Both the position numbers and the translations under genes were made by a program. From assembly GCA_965202585.1 (NCBI GenBank), contig OZ241829.1, forward strand, positions 24,552,001 through 24,616,000: 64,000 bases of DNA. Reading direction: 5' to 3'. The stretch comes from Thalia democratica. Its lineage: Eukaryota. Within the stretch, counting starts at the first letter, position 1, and the number at the start of each line of letters is the position of its first letter. The notes beneath the pieces were generated by a model. It saw nothing but the letters and a program-made list of their open reading frames with translations, was not told the DNA's origin and searched no databases. This document shows, piece after piece, positions 53,984-64,000 of this stretch.

Positions 53984-54530
53984 TTGAAACTTATATTAGA
54001 TATTCTAGAGTTGCTGATGAAAAGCAGAAAAAAAAGGTAATAGGTATATTTAATGGCAGTTTTGAAACTAACACTAGATATTCTGGAGTTGCAGATGAAG
54101 AGCAAAAAACAAAAAAAAAAAGGTCTTAGATTTTTTTAATGGCACTTTTGAAACCTTCACTAGATATTCTGGAGTTGCAGATGAAAAGCAAAAATCAAAA
54201 AAAGGTCTCAGATGTTTTTAATGGCAGTTTTGAAACTTACTTTAGATATTCTGGAGTTGCAGATGAAGAGTAGAAAAAAAAGGTCTTAGGTTTTTTTAAT
54301 TGTAGTTTTGAAACTTTCACTAGATATTCTTGAGCTGTAGATGAAGAGAGAACACCGAAAAAAAGGTCTTAGATTTTTTTAATGGCAGTTTTGAAACTTT
54401 CAATAGATCTTCTGAAATTGCAGATGAAGAGAAAAAATCAAAAAAAGGTCTTAGGTGAATTTGTTGGTAATTTTGAAACTTACACTAGATATTCTGGAGT
54501 TGCAGATGAAGAGCAAAAAAAAGGTCTTAA
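53984..54530 (+). repeat. About 80-bp minisatellite, 7 copies, inside a truncated hAT-like element ending near 54631
   Basis: TAGAT(A/C)TTCT at 53997, 54075, 54161, 54243, 54321, 54404 and 54486; hAT-like right end AAAGTTCGAGTAACCTTG next to ATCTAGGC; related units at 62480-62560. Confidence 0.75.
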
Positions 54531-54639
54531 ATGCTTTTGATCGTAGTGTTTTTAGTAATCTTGTTGGGAGGGAGCTATAGTTTATTTTTTCTTTAAAGGG
54601 GGCCTTTTAAAAAAAAGTTCGAGTAACCTTGATCTAGGC

Positions 54640-57600
54640 CAGGGGTCGGCAGGCAGTTGGTGCTCGCGGGCCAAATTTCAAGTTTTCAAAATCTACGCGG
54701 GCCACAGATTAATTTTAGTGATATTTGAATAATCTTTTGGCTTTATTTTTGGTAACACCAGAGATAGTTTTACTTTTATTCACTTTATTACTTTAAATAA
54801 ATTTTAGCTACATATAGAATGCCTATTTAATATATAAATATCTATCGGAATAGAATTTAAATTGTATAATATACTTATGTCTTAATAAGATATGTACTTT
54901 CTTAAACAGTTAATAAGTTAAACTTAATAAAGAAATTTTACTATTTTACTTACAACCTAACTCTCTATAAAAACCGAGCTTGAAAAACATTAGTCTTTTA
55001 CACGGTTGCCACTTCAAAAGCAAAAATGTCGGAATAATATTAAAAGTTTAATAAAAGTTAAAATAGATAAAAACTTTTTGTTAATCAAGCTTAAATAAAT
55101 AACTAAAATATCATTATTATAAAAAAGCACAATATGTAAATAGACAAAAAAGATACAGTTAGTAAACTACACTACAGTCATAAAAACTATTCTGAGAATT
55201 CGAAGATTTATTCAAAGTCTTTGAAACAAAAGTTTCAGATACACCTGAGTTTATTAAAAATTTCTTAAAAAGCTTTAACCTAGTCTAAATTAAAAAAAAA
55301 ACTAGCCTGTTTGTTTGGCAACACTGTTTAAAATAAAGTTCACAAAATAAAGAAATACCGAAATTTATTAACAGTGAATTAATTATATAAATAAAACATT
55401 ATTATTCAGCTTGAATATACATTTATTTTTTAATAATTTTTAACAAGTGTATAAAAATTTATTAAGCTATTAAGAATTATAAAAACCTATTTTTATTGAC
55501 TATTATAGCAATTCTTTAAATGCAATAAAAATATTGCATTTAAAAAGAGCAAATGTGAATTGTAAGACGAGCAATTAAAACTATAATACGTTGATTTGGA
55601 GTTATTGCGAGAAACAAAAATAAATGTAAATCGCTTAAGTCAGTTTCAAAAACATACATGACTATTTTTAGTAACTACAGACTGATCAAAAAAAACTGTT
55701 AATGCAAATAATAAAGTAGCAATAGTAATTACCAAAAAAAGATACCGTCTAGAGTTGAAAACTTATTTAAATAACTTGTGTTGGGGTTAGTAAAATGTTT
55801 TTGTTTATTTCTTCAATATCTACAATAATCGTGTTTAGGAAATGTCTGAAGGCAATAAAGTTGCATAAACCAAATTAGGACTTAAATCAATTTATTAAGA
55901 TGTGAGAACTGATACAACAAATATTGCTCATTTTAGAATTTTTATTACAGGTGGTTTTACTAATTTTGACATTTTGGAAGAATTTCTAGGTTTTGTCCAA
56001 TACAAAGAACAACAATAGGTAAAGACATTTTAAAAGCAAAAGTGCAATGCACCAATATAAAGTTTTTAAAAGTACAACTTTTTATTCTTTTTTAGTGTAT
56101 AATTAAGTTAAAAGTAAAAAAAAAACTGTCTTAAATAATATAAAAAAAATTGATGCTGTTAAGCTACATTAAATATGTTTTTTAATAAAAATTATTTAAA
56201 TGGTAAATTTTTTGTGTCAAATTAAAATTTAATTACTTTACATGTAAAAGTTTTTTTAAATTCAAGGTTTTTTTCGATAATTCTCAAATTCAAGGCTTTA
56301 AAGATCTTTTAAGCAAAAATTGTCAAACTCCAAGCTTTTTCGGGATTATGGCAAAACTTATATGTATACGATTAATATAAATAATTGTTCAAATTATATC
56401 AGCTGCAAGACTTAAGTCTAAAATATATTTACAATTGAAACCAACACTGTGCATTGAACAAAACATACATCATAAATTTAATTTACCACTCTTTAAAGCA
56501 AAAAAGTCAGTCCGAGTGACCGAAACTAGCCTGATATTTTAGCTTACAAAAAGCTATTCAAGCCAAAAACTGAGAAATGACTAAATTGGCCTGAGATTTG
56601 AAGTCTTTAAAAAGTCATAGGTTGAGTGTAGCAACTTTTATTTGTTTATGTGATCGAATTTGATCTAGTTTGATTAAAAATGTACAAACTTAATAAATTA
56701 CCATTTGTCAATATAGTTTGTATTAAATAGCTAGTTACAAAAACAGCAACTGTTTATATTAGTATGCAACGCAATAAAATTAACTTATTTTGCCAAAATA
56801 ATCGTTTGAAAAATCAAAAAGTATCCCTAACAAATTTTTTTTAAATTTATGTTATATATATTGTTTTAAATGTGTCTGTACACACTTATATATTACATGT
56901 AGAGACAACAATGTTAGAAAACTATGCATAAACTAAATTATATCTCGTTAAGTATTAAATAAAAAGTGGTTTAAAATATAAGCATCTTTGTTAGTTGGTG
57001 TGCATAGGAATTAATTTAAATTGCAAAGTAAACTTATAAAAAATCAAAGGTGTCAAAATCAAAGCTAACCTTATTTCTAACTATTATTGTTATTGTAAAA
57101 TGTTTTTGTGCACACTAGAATATAACATTTAGTAGTAAAACATCTGTAATAGAGACTTAGGTATAAAAAACGCTTAAAAAAACTAAACTGTAAAGAAATA
57201 TCATTTTATTTAATTACTGTGCATTACCTTTGTACAAAACGGAAAACAATTGCATTTAGTTTTTACCAAAAAGGTATTATATAACTATTTTACTATTTTA
57301 AAGCACTTTTAAAACTCTTTTTTCAGAAAATAAGTTGCTGTTGTAAGAAGAAAGTTACTATGAAATTGAGAAGAAAAAAACCTGCTGGAATGCTAACCTG
57401 TCTTTTTCAAATTTTTAAGCTAAATCAGTAAAGTCTTTTAGTTGTTTTAGATGTTATACAGAAGCTTAAAACAGATTTTGTCAAACAAATATAACTTAAA
57501 ATATATTTTTGCTCAGCGGGCCACTTTTACATGCTCGCGGGCCGCAAAGTTTTCTTTCGCGGGCCGCATTCCATTCAAAAAATTCACGTGCTCGCGGGCC

Positions 57601-57658
57601 GCAGATTTACCCTTCGCGGGCCGCATTTGGCCCGCGGGCCGCAGTTTGCCGACCCCTG
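54640..57658 (+). mobile_element. Non-autonomous, internally deleted hAT (Buster/SPIN-like), 3019 bp
   Basis: TIR CAGGGGTCGGCA; perfect 8-bp TSD ATCTAGGC (54632-39, 57659-66); GCGGGCC subterminal repeats; transposase relic at about 55899-56037 (DVRTDTTNIAHFRIFITGGFTNFDILEEFLG / PIQRTTIGKDILKA). Confidence 0.9.
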
Positions 57659-57898
57659 ATCTAGGCAGATACCGGTTTGTTTTGAATTTACAGATAAGTA
57701 ATACTAAAATATAATATAAATGGAATGGTTATCTACATTTCGAGTGTTATCTTTATTCTTTGTTGTAGGAAAGGGCAACATTTCTAGTTATACTTTTTAG
57801 TTTGTGGTCATAATAGCAAACTAAATAAACTTACACGGTTTTATATATATACAAATATAAGATATAAAACAAAATTATAATAAACAAACAAATGTTAC

Positions 57899-58069
57899 TT
57901 TTTATACATGTTGGATTAACATCTTTAGAATTCCAGGTTCCGTCGTCTTTACAAATAAATTTGTGTGTTTTCGTTGATAAGAAGTAGCCTTGATTACAAC
58001 TAAATACAACTTCTCTTTTGTTAATAATTACTGCTTTTCCATTTTCAATATAACCGGGTAGCAGAGTTG
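57899..58069 (-). pseudogene. Sushi/CCP exon (first Cys in a shifted frame)
   Basis: IENGKAVIINKREVVFSCNQGYFLSTKTHKFICKDDGTWNSKDVNPTCIK then donor gtaac; LCYPV lies upstream in another frame. Confidence 0.75.
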
Positions 58070-58405
58070 GTAAAATGCTAATAGTTACTATGGTAATTCA
58101 GTAATGAAGCGTATAAACTTTGGTTTGTTTTAAGTTAGTAATTTCACGCTCGAGTAAACAAAGCAGAGCTTTTTAACATGTCTGCCGGGTAGTTTGGAAC
58201 ATTCTGCAGTAGTATACATTAAATATAAGTAACTTAACAATAAATAAAAGACTACAAACTTTATTTAAATGCACAATTTTACTGACTTATTACATATTTA
58301 AATAGTCTATCATAAATTAAAAACTTCATATTTTCAATACTTAAAATGTTTATATTTACGGTCTCTTAAAAGAAAAAAAAAGAAAAACAAGTTTTAAATC
58401 TTCAC

Positions 58406-58559
58406 CCATTTTAATTTTTTTTTCAGTTTTTTTGCTTTCACCTACTTTAGTTTTACCACTTTCTTTAACATTTTTAGAAAAGAACACCGAAATAATAATG
58501 ACGAAAATACATAGCAATATTAAAACCGCTAAGTGAAATATTTTTAGACGTTTTTCCAT
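58406..58559 (-). CDS. Probable first exon of the sushi-Kelch gene (N-terminal TM/signal anchor)
   Basis: MEKRLKIFHLAVLILLCIFVIIISVFFSK...; phase-1 donor gtgaag matches the downstream CCP exons. Confidence 0.55.
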
Positions 58560-60066
58560 AACAATTCCTATCAATAAGTCAGTTTTATTAATTTTCGGCT
58601 TTCGGTACTTTTTAGCTAGCAAACATTTTATTTTCCCCAACAACAAATAAAACTGAATTTAAATGTTTGAATTTATTATAATCACGATAAATAATGATAA
58701 CTTATCTTGGATCAAATTCAAGCAATAAATCTAATACTTTATGTCTAAAACAACTTATAGTAATATATAGTTTTAATTTAGATTATTTAATTCAAAATTT
58801 AAAAACTACTTTTAGGATTAAAATAGATAGGTACAGTTAATTTTGATTTGATTAAGTTTAAGTAATTTTTTTGTTTAAAACTTTTGAAAGCATCAAAATA
58901 GCCAATTTATATGAAATTAAGTTTAAGATATAAAACTATTTTTCTCAGTTGTTGAAGTTTTATAATTTTTGTTTTTATAATGATAATTTACTTAAAATCT
59001 AATAGATTACTCAATTTTTTTTTGTTTTTAAACGTTGGTGTTAAGAATTCACAAAAATTATAAATCACTAAGTAAATAAAACTTTAGCTGAAACTATTGT
59101 GGTCATTGAAAAATACCAATTAAACTAATTTATAGACTTTTAAATAATAAAGTAATAGCAATGTGGACCTTTTGACAATTTTAAACTTGAGTAAATTTGA
59201 AAAAATATAACTAATGAAAAGAGAGGCAATAACCCTGCCTCCATAATCAAATTATGTGCTTCAAAAAACAACGACTAAAACTAAAAGAAAAGTATTAATA
59301 AGATGAGAACAGAAATTACAACTTACTTGGACAATAGCATTTTATTTAAACTATTTAAACACAATTTTTTTTAAACGTTACAATATGTATATTTGTAATA
59401 ATTTATAAAACTTACCAACAAACTTTGTTTACTTTGATAAGTGACGCTATTTACCTTAAAACAGCTGTCAGCAATATCAAAACAAAAGTTGATTTTTATA
59501 TAGTTAATAACTATTTATCGTTGCAAAAAAAAGTTGCATAGAGAATGGAACAATTGTCGATCAAAAAAACAACACTTAATATATATATGCAGATATATAT
59601 GCATACATATACTTTATTTAAAATGATAAACTTAAAAACTAGTGCAACTGTTTTATATAGCTTATCGCTACAATTCTCAGCTATTAGAATTATAAATCAA
59701 GACTTGAAAGTACATTCAGTAGTAATCAAATTACACAAAAAACATTATGACATACTTTTAAATTTTCTTAAGGCTTATATTAGTGTAAAATTGAACTTTG
59801 TTCGATTTGAGCAACTCTTAACTGCAAAACCTCTCATAGGTGACCATAAAATAAAAATTTTATAACTCGTAATTACATATTACAAGTTACAGTTTATTAC
59901 AAAATTTTGATTTTTTGGTCATTATTTTGAGGTTTTGTAATTTTTAGTTGTTCATATCGAATGAAGTTGGATTCTTGCTTTGTATAAGCCTTGAGCAAGT
60001 TCAAAATTACGTCAAAATGTTTTTTGTTTTATGTGTATTTTGTTTACTATTTTAGTATACATTTAA

Positions 60067-61140
60067 GTTATTATTATTATTATTATTATATTGTTTATTG
60101 TGCAATGTTGGACTCAGGCATCAAAACCTGAGCCACTTAAACAGGACACACAAAAAGAGAAAAAGAAAATAAAGTTATATTCAAAACTTTAAGATAAATT
60201 ATATATATATATACAAACATAATTTAAATGAAAACACAAAATTAAACACAATATGATAAACAAATGATCTAAATTGAAAATTCAGTTCAAAAAATTCAAA
60301 TTTATATATTACTTAGTACACACAGTAAAGAAGTTTGTCTAAAATCATGGCTTATAAAACAAAATTCATAACTACAAAATATATAAGTAAACTAATAGTT
60401 TGTAGGGGGGAGGCGTAGGGAAACGAATATTTTTTCTTTTATTACAGTGAAAAATTAGTGAATTTTACTGGTATTTATCGTATTTAAATCAAATCTTTTT
60501 AGCTTTAAACGAAATTGTTCTACCCTCTCACAAGATACTATATCCTGAGGTAGTCTGTTCCACATAGCTTTTGCTCTGTGAAAAAATGCGCCTTGCCACT
60601 GACTGTTTTGAAAATCATGTTTACATTTTATTTTCAAATTATTTCCTCTTAGTTGATATTTATTTTGGGAAAAATTAAAAAACTGGTTAAAAAAACTTTT
60701 ATATTTGCCATTGATAATTTTGTAAAGAATTAATAAATCAAATTCCCATCTTCTATATTCCAGTGATTTCAAGCCAAATTTAATCATTCTATCATTATAT
60801 GACGTGTAAGATATTTTGCAACGACTACAAATATGACGGGTAAAACTCCTTTGCACAGATTCAATTTTGTTAATATCCTTTTTTAAATGGGGTGACCAAA
60901 TTTGGGTACTAAACTCAAGTTTAGGGCGAACGTATGTTTTAAATACTTTTGTCAGAATTGAAGCAGAATTAGTTTTAAAACTTTTCAATATTTGATAACA
61001 TGTAGTTTTTGCAATCTTATATAAATAGTTGATATGTTCATTCCATTTCAAATCTTTGGAAATATAAATTCCTAAATCTTTAAAAACTTTAATTTCTAAG
61101 TTGTTACTTCTAATTCAAATAGCTGAGAATTGTAGCAATA
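60067..61140 (-). mobile_element. 5'-truncated CR1/L2-type LINE (RT C-terminus, 3' UTR and (ATA)n tail)
   Basis: KDLGIYISKDLKW...YKTYVRPKLEF-like...QIWSPHLKKDINKIESVQR...RRWEFDL...YKIING...FFHR....WN.LP (ORF 60455-61051); (TTA)n at about 60067-60090. Confidence 0.85.
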
Positions 61141-62329
61141 TGCTACATTAAACGGTTCTACTTTTTTTTAACTTATAATTTTAATTAAAGTATGTATTTA
61201 AGATCCCTTCCAAGCGGGCTCAGTCAATATTGATTAAATAAATTAAATTTTGTTTTCTTATGTTTGTATATATATATATATATATATTCTTCTTTTTGTT
61301 AAGTAATTATCTAAATAGAAAGGCTCTTCAAAAAATAAAGCAATACGTCATCAGATTCAAGGTTAAGAATTATGTACATAAGGCTAAAATGTTCTTTCAA
61401 TAAGACTTAATACAAACTTAAAACCACGCTTTAAAAATATATTTCGGATTCTAAACATAAAAACATAGACTTGAATTGTAATTTTGTGAAATTAACTTAA
61501 ACTTGAACAAATTTAACTGTACAACGGATAACTATCTGTAAAATAAAAAAATAAGATATAGCAAAATAAAATTAAAAACTAGCGTTAAACAAAAGGAAAG
61601 AACTTCACTTTACGGTATTTACCAAGATTATTCAATGGTTGCTGTAGATAGTTTTAAACAAAAAGCAATTCCAAAGTATCATTTTAAAGCAGAATAGTTA
61701 ATATCATAACTGCTTAGAAACATTTTTGACCTTTTTGTTTTCGTCATGTTTGTTTAATAAAGTAATTGATGATACGGTCGACTTTTGAAGGCAAGCTGTT
61801 TTAGAGAAAGTTTTTCTTTTAATTTTAGTTACATTTGCAATAAGTGAGTTATTCTATGCATTTAACTTTTAGTTATTTAAAAAATCTTAATATACATCCT
61901 AGTAATATGAATAATTACAAAAACCTTTACAACTTAAAGTGTAGATTTTAGGTCTTAAATTTCATATTGTCAACATAATTTTACATAGTATAACGTTGGA
62001 CATTTTGAAAAAGTTTTTACAGTTACAAGTTACTTTATTTTTAACTTTCTGCTTTTTGTTTGACATAGTTACCAAGAAATACCTTGTAATTATTAATTTT
62101 AGGAGATCATTAAGATCGTATTTGTCTTTATAGCATCCTTAAATAAATTAGTTTAATATAACAGCTAACCTTATGTGAAAACTATTATTAAGCCTTATCA
62201 GTAACTGAAAAAGTAAAAGTATGCAAGCTTTGTTTCTTATAAAGTTTATTATTTTCCGTTTACGCACCAAAATTTTATTAATTTTTAAGTTATTTTTGAT
62301 AAAAAGTAAAGTTTTGGAACTCAATAGCT

Positions 62330-62910
62330 TAGAGTTTGGCAAACTGCGTCCACTTGAGGCTCATGAAGAGTAAAAGGTTTGTGATTATTTTTTTATTTAA
62401 ATTGGGGGCGGCCTATGAAAGGTAATACTTGCGGCCTGAGAGCAGGTAATTGTGGCCCACATATAAAGAATTTAAAAAATTACACTAGATGTAATTCGTA
62501 AAAAAAAGTTCTAAGGTAAAGTTTGCGACATATTAAAATTTACACTAGATATTCTGAGGTTTCAGCACTGAAACTACGACTGCGGCCCGCGAGTATTTTT
62601 ATTTTCGAAACTTGGCCTGCGACTAACAAATGCCTGCCGTGCCGAAATTTCAGCAGCAAAATCTAAGCGCTTCTGATCGACTCATGTTTTAGTTATTCTA
62701 ATTTGAAATTTTATTTAGTAAACTTCTTTTTTTCATGTGTTTGGGTAAGGTGAGCTAGGGTTAAGAGAAGAGACTTAAAATTTAGGGTAAATATGGTTAG
62801 GGATAGAGGTCTAGATCTTATTAACATATTGCTATATTAATACTTTATAATATCTGCAAAGTGTTATAAATGTAGCGAATTCTATACTTTAGACTGCGGC
62901 CGACCGGCCA
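62330..62910. mobile_element. Decayed hAT MITE(s)
   Basis: TTTGGCAAACTGCG at the left, GCGGCC motifs inside and GCCAACCCCTG at the right; contains units of the 54-kb minisatellite. Confidence 0.45.
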
Positions 62911-63071
62911 ACCCCTGTGCTAGAGTGTACTTTGTGTGTTTTTTAATCCCAGCATTTAATTTATTTAGTGCGAAAACGTTTCTGGTGGGCAAAAAAATAA
63001 GAAAACATGCTGTTCAACAAACTAGCCATTAGTTGAACTTCACTAACTCAAGTTGATCAAATTACATTTTG

Positions 63072-63220
63072 ATGTCAGCTCAGGGGGTTAATGCGTTACA
63101 AAGATGGTGCAAGCTGAACACTTTGGAGTACTCCGGCGTCAGCATAAGGAACATGACCACCAGCTGGAGAAACGGACTTGCTTTTTGTGCTTTGATTCAT
63201 AAATTTCGACCTGACTTAAT
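63072..63220 (+). CDS. MICALL: First coding exon of a MICAL-like protein (N-terminal type-2 calponin-homology domain)
   Basis: [50 protein letters not shown] then gtgagt; a CH domain at the extreme N-terminus fits MICAL-L rather than EHBP1 or MICAL; the rest of the gene is outside the window. Confidence 0.8.
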
Positions 63221-64000
63221 GTGAGTTTGTTAACTAAATATTCAATTGATAATTTAATATATCTTTAAGACAAACTAATACATACCTTTTAGATAAATTA
63301 AATATGAAATTATATTTGATTTCAACACTTCTGAAAAAATAATACTTTTTATTTTTCACTCATCATAGCAAATTTGAAGTGGAGGTTTTACAATAAAAAA
63401 TAATTAATTAATTTGTAAAAATGTTCATTCAATGTTTCTGAAAGTTTTTGTGCATATAAAAATTTCCAAAACTCTTTTTTTTTCAAATTGTGTTTCATCA
63501 CATAAATATTATAAATGTATTCTTTTTTGTAAATCTCATAAAGTTAACAAATTTTAAGCTTAGTTTACTTTTGAGAATAAATTATGTTATTAATGAGATT
63601 AAGTTTTTAAGAGTTTATAAGCTAACTTGAGTTTTAAAAGTTTGTTTTTTACTTTTTTTTTTAATTACTAAGTATTTTTTGAAAACATTCAACCTCTTTA
63701 TAAGGCTATCTCACGTAATATGCAGCTTTATTTCAACTTCCTACTGTCTTTATCACGGTTTCCTAAACTCATTTCCAAGGTTTATTGCGTTTTTTTCAGG
63801 AAAATTAACCAATAATCCCCTCTAAACAGGGATTAGCAGACTAACCTTAGGATATCTAGTATAAGTTTCTAATCTCCTGTCAATATTTAGATATTTTTTT
63901 ACTTGTTATCAACAACCCAAAAATACAGAGTTGTAAGTTAGTTGTAGCCAATTTACTAGTTATCGCCTCCTTACCCCAAAAATTTCAAAATTTTGCCCAT

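Noticed and set aside
53984-54530. Regular ~80-bp repeat array considered as a CRISPR array
   Set aside because: The whole unit repeats with no unique spacers, it sits inside a hAT-like element in eukaryotic DNA, and there are no cas genes.
57451-57714. 87-aa ORF at the end of the 3-kb hAT (and 23913-24173 at the other hAT end)
   Set aside because: Mostly a translation of GC-rich subterminal repeats; only the last 17 or so codons of 23913-24173 belong to the interrupted coiled-coil relic.
59545-59865. 106-aa plus-strand ORF as a host gene
   Set aside because: It shares GCTACAATTCTCAGCTATT with the LINE 5' end and weakly echoes its RT, so it is more likely a decayed LINE fragment; no supportable gene call.
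62745-62810. GGGTTA-like motifs as an interstitial telomere
   Set aside because: Only scattered imperfect units, resembling the foldback-element core; not a tandem array.

Overview
AT-rich eukaryotic genomic DNA with GT-AG introns, from an invertebrate animal (species not identifiable here); nothing in it looks prokaryotic. Left: a multi-exon PLEKHH1/2 (MAX-1)-type PH-PH-MyTH4 gene on the minus strand that runs off the window start. 15-20 kb: MITEs, a foldback element, an orphan ORF resembling an R2-type restriction-like endonuclease, and a type I hammerhead ribozyme motif. 20.7-32.6 kb: decayed tandem coiled-coil coding units with a second hammerhead, split by a 6.6-kb SPIN/Buster-like hAT transposon (17-bp TIRs, 8-bp TSD). 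36.6-58.6 kb: a disrupted TM-sushi(CCP)n-Kelch gene with several insertions. The largest insertion is a 13.75-kb Ty3/Gypsy (CsRn1-like) provirus at 40160-53913. It has apparently identical 1321-bp LTRs and a single intact Gag-Pol ORF that starts inside the LTR and carries a second retropepsin domain after integrase. It also has a 607-aa env resembling class III (herpes gB-like) fusogens with candidate splice sites, an acidic accessory ORF and a U3 ORF. Right end: a 5'-truncated CR1-type LINE and the first coding exon of a MICAL-like CH-domain gene. All homology calls are from recalled motifs; no searches were run.
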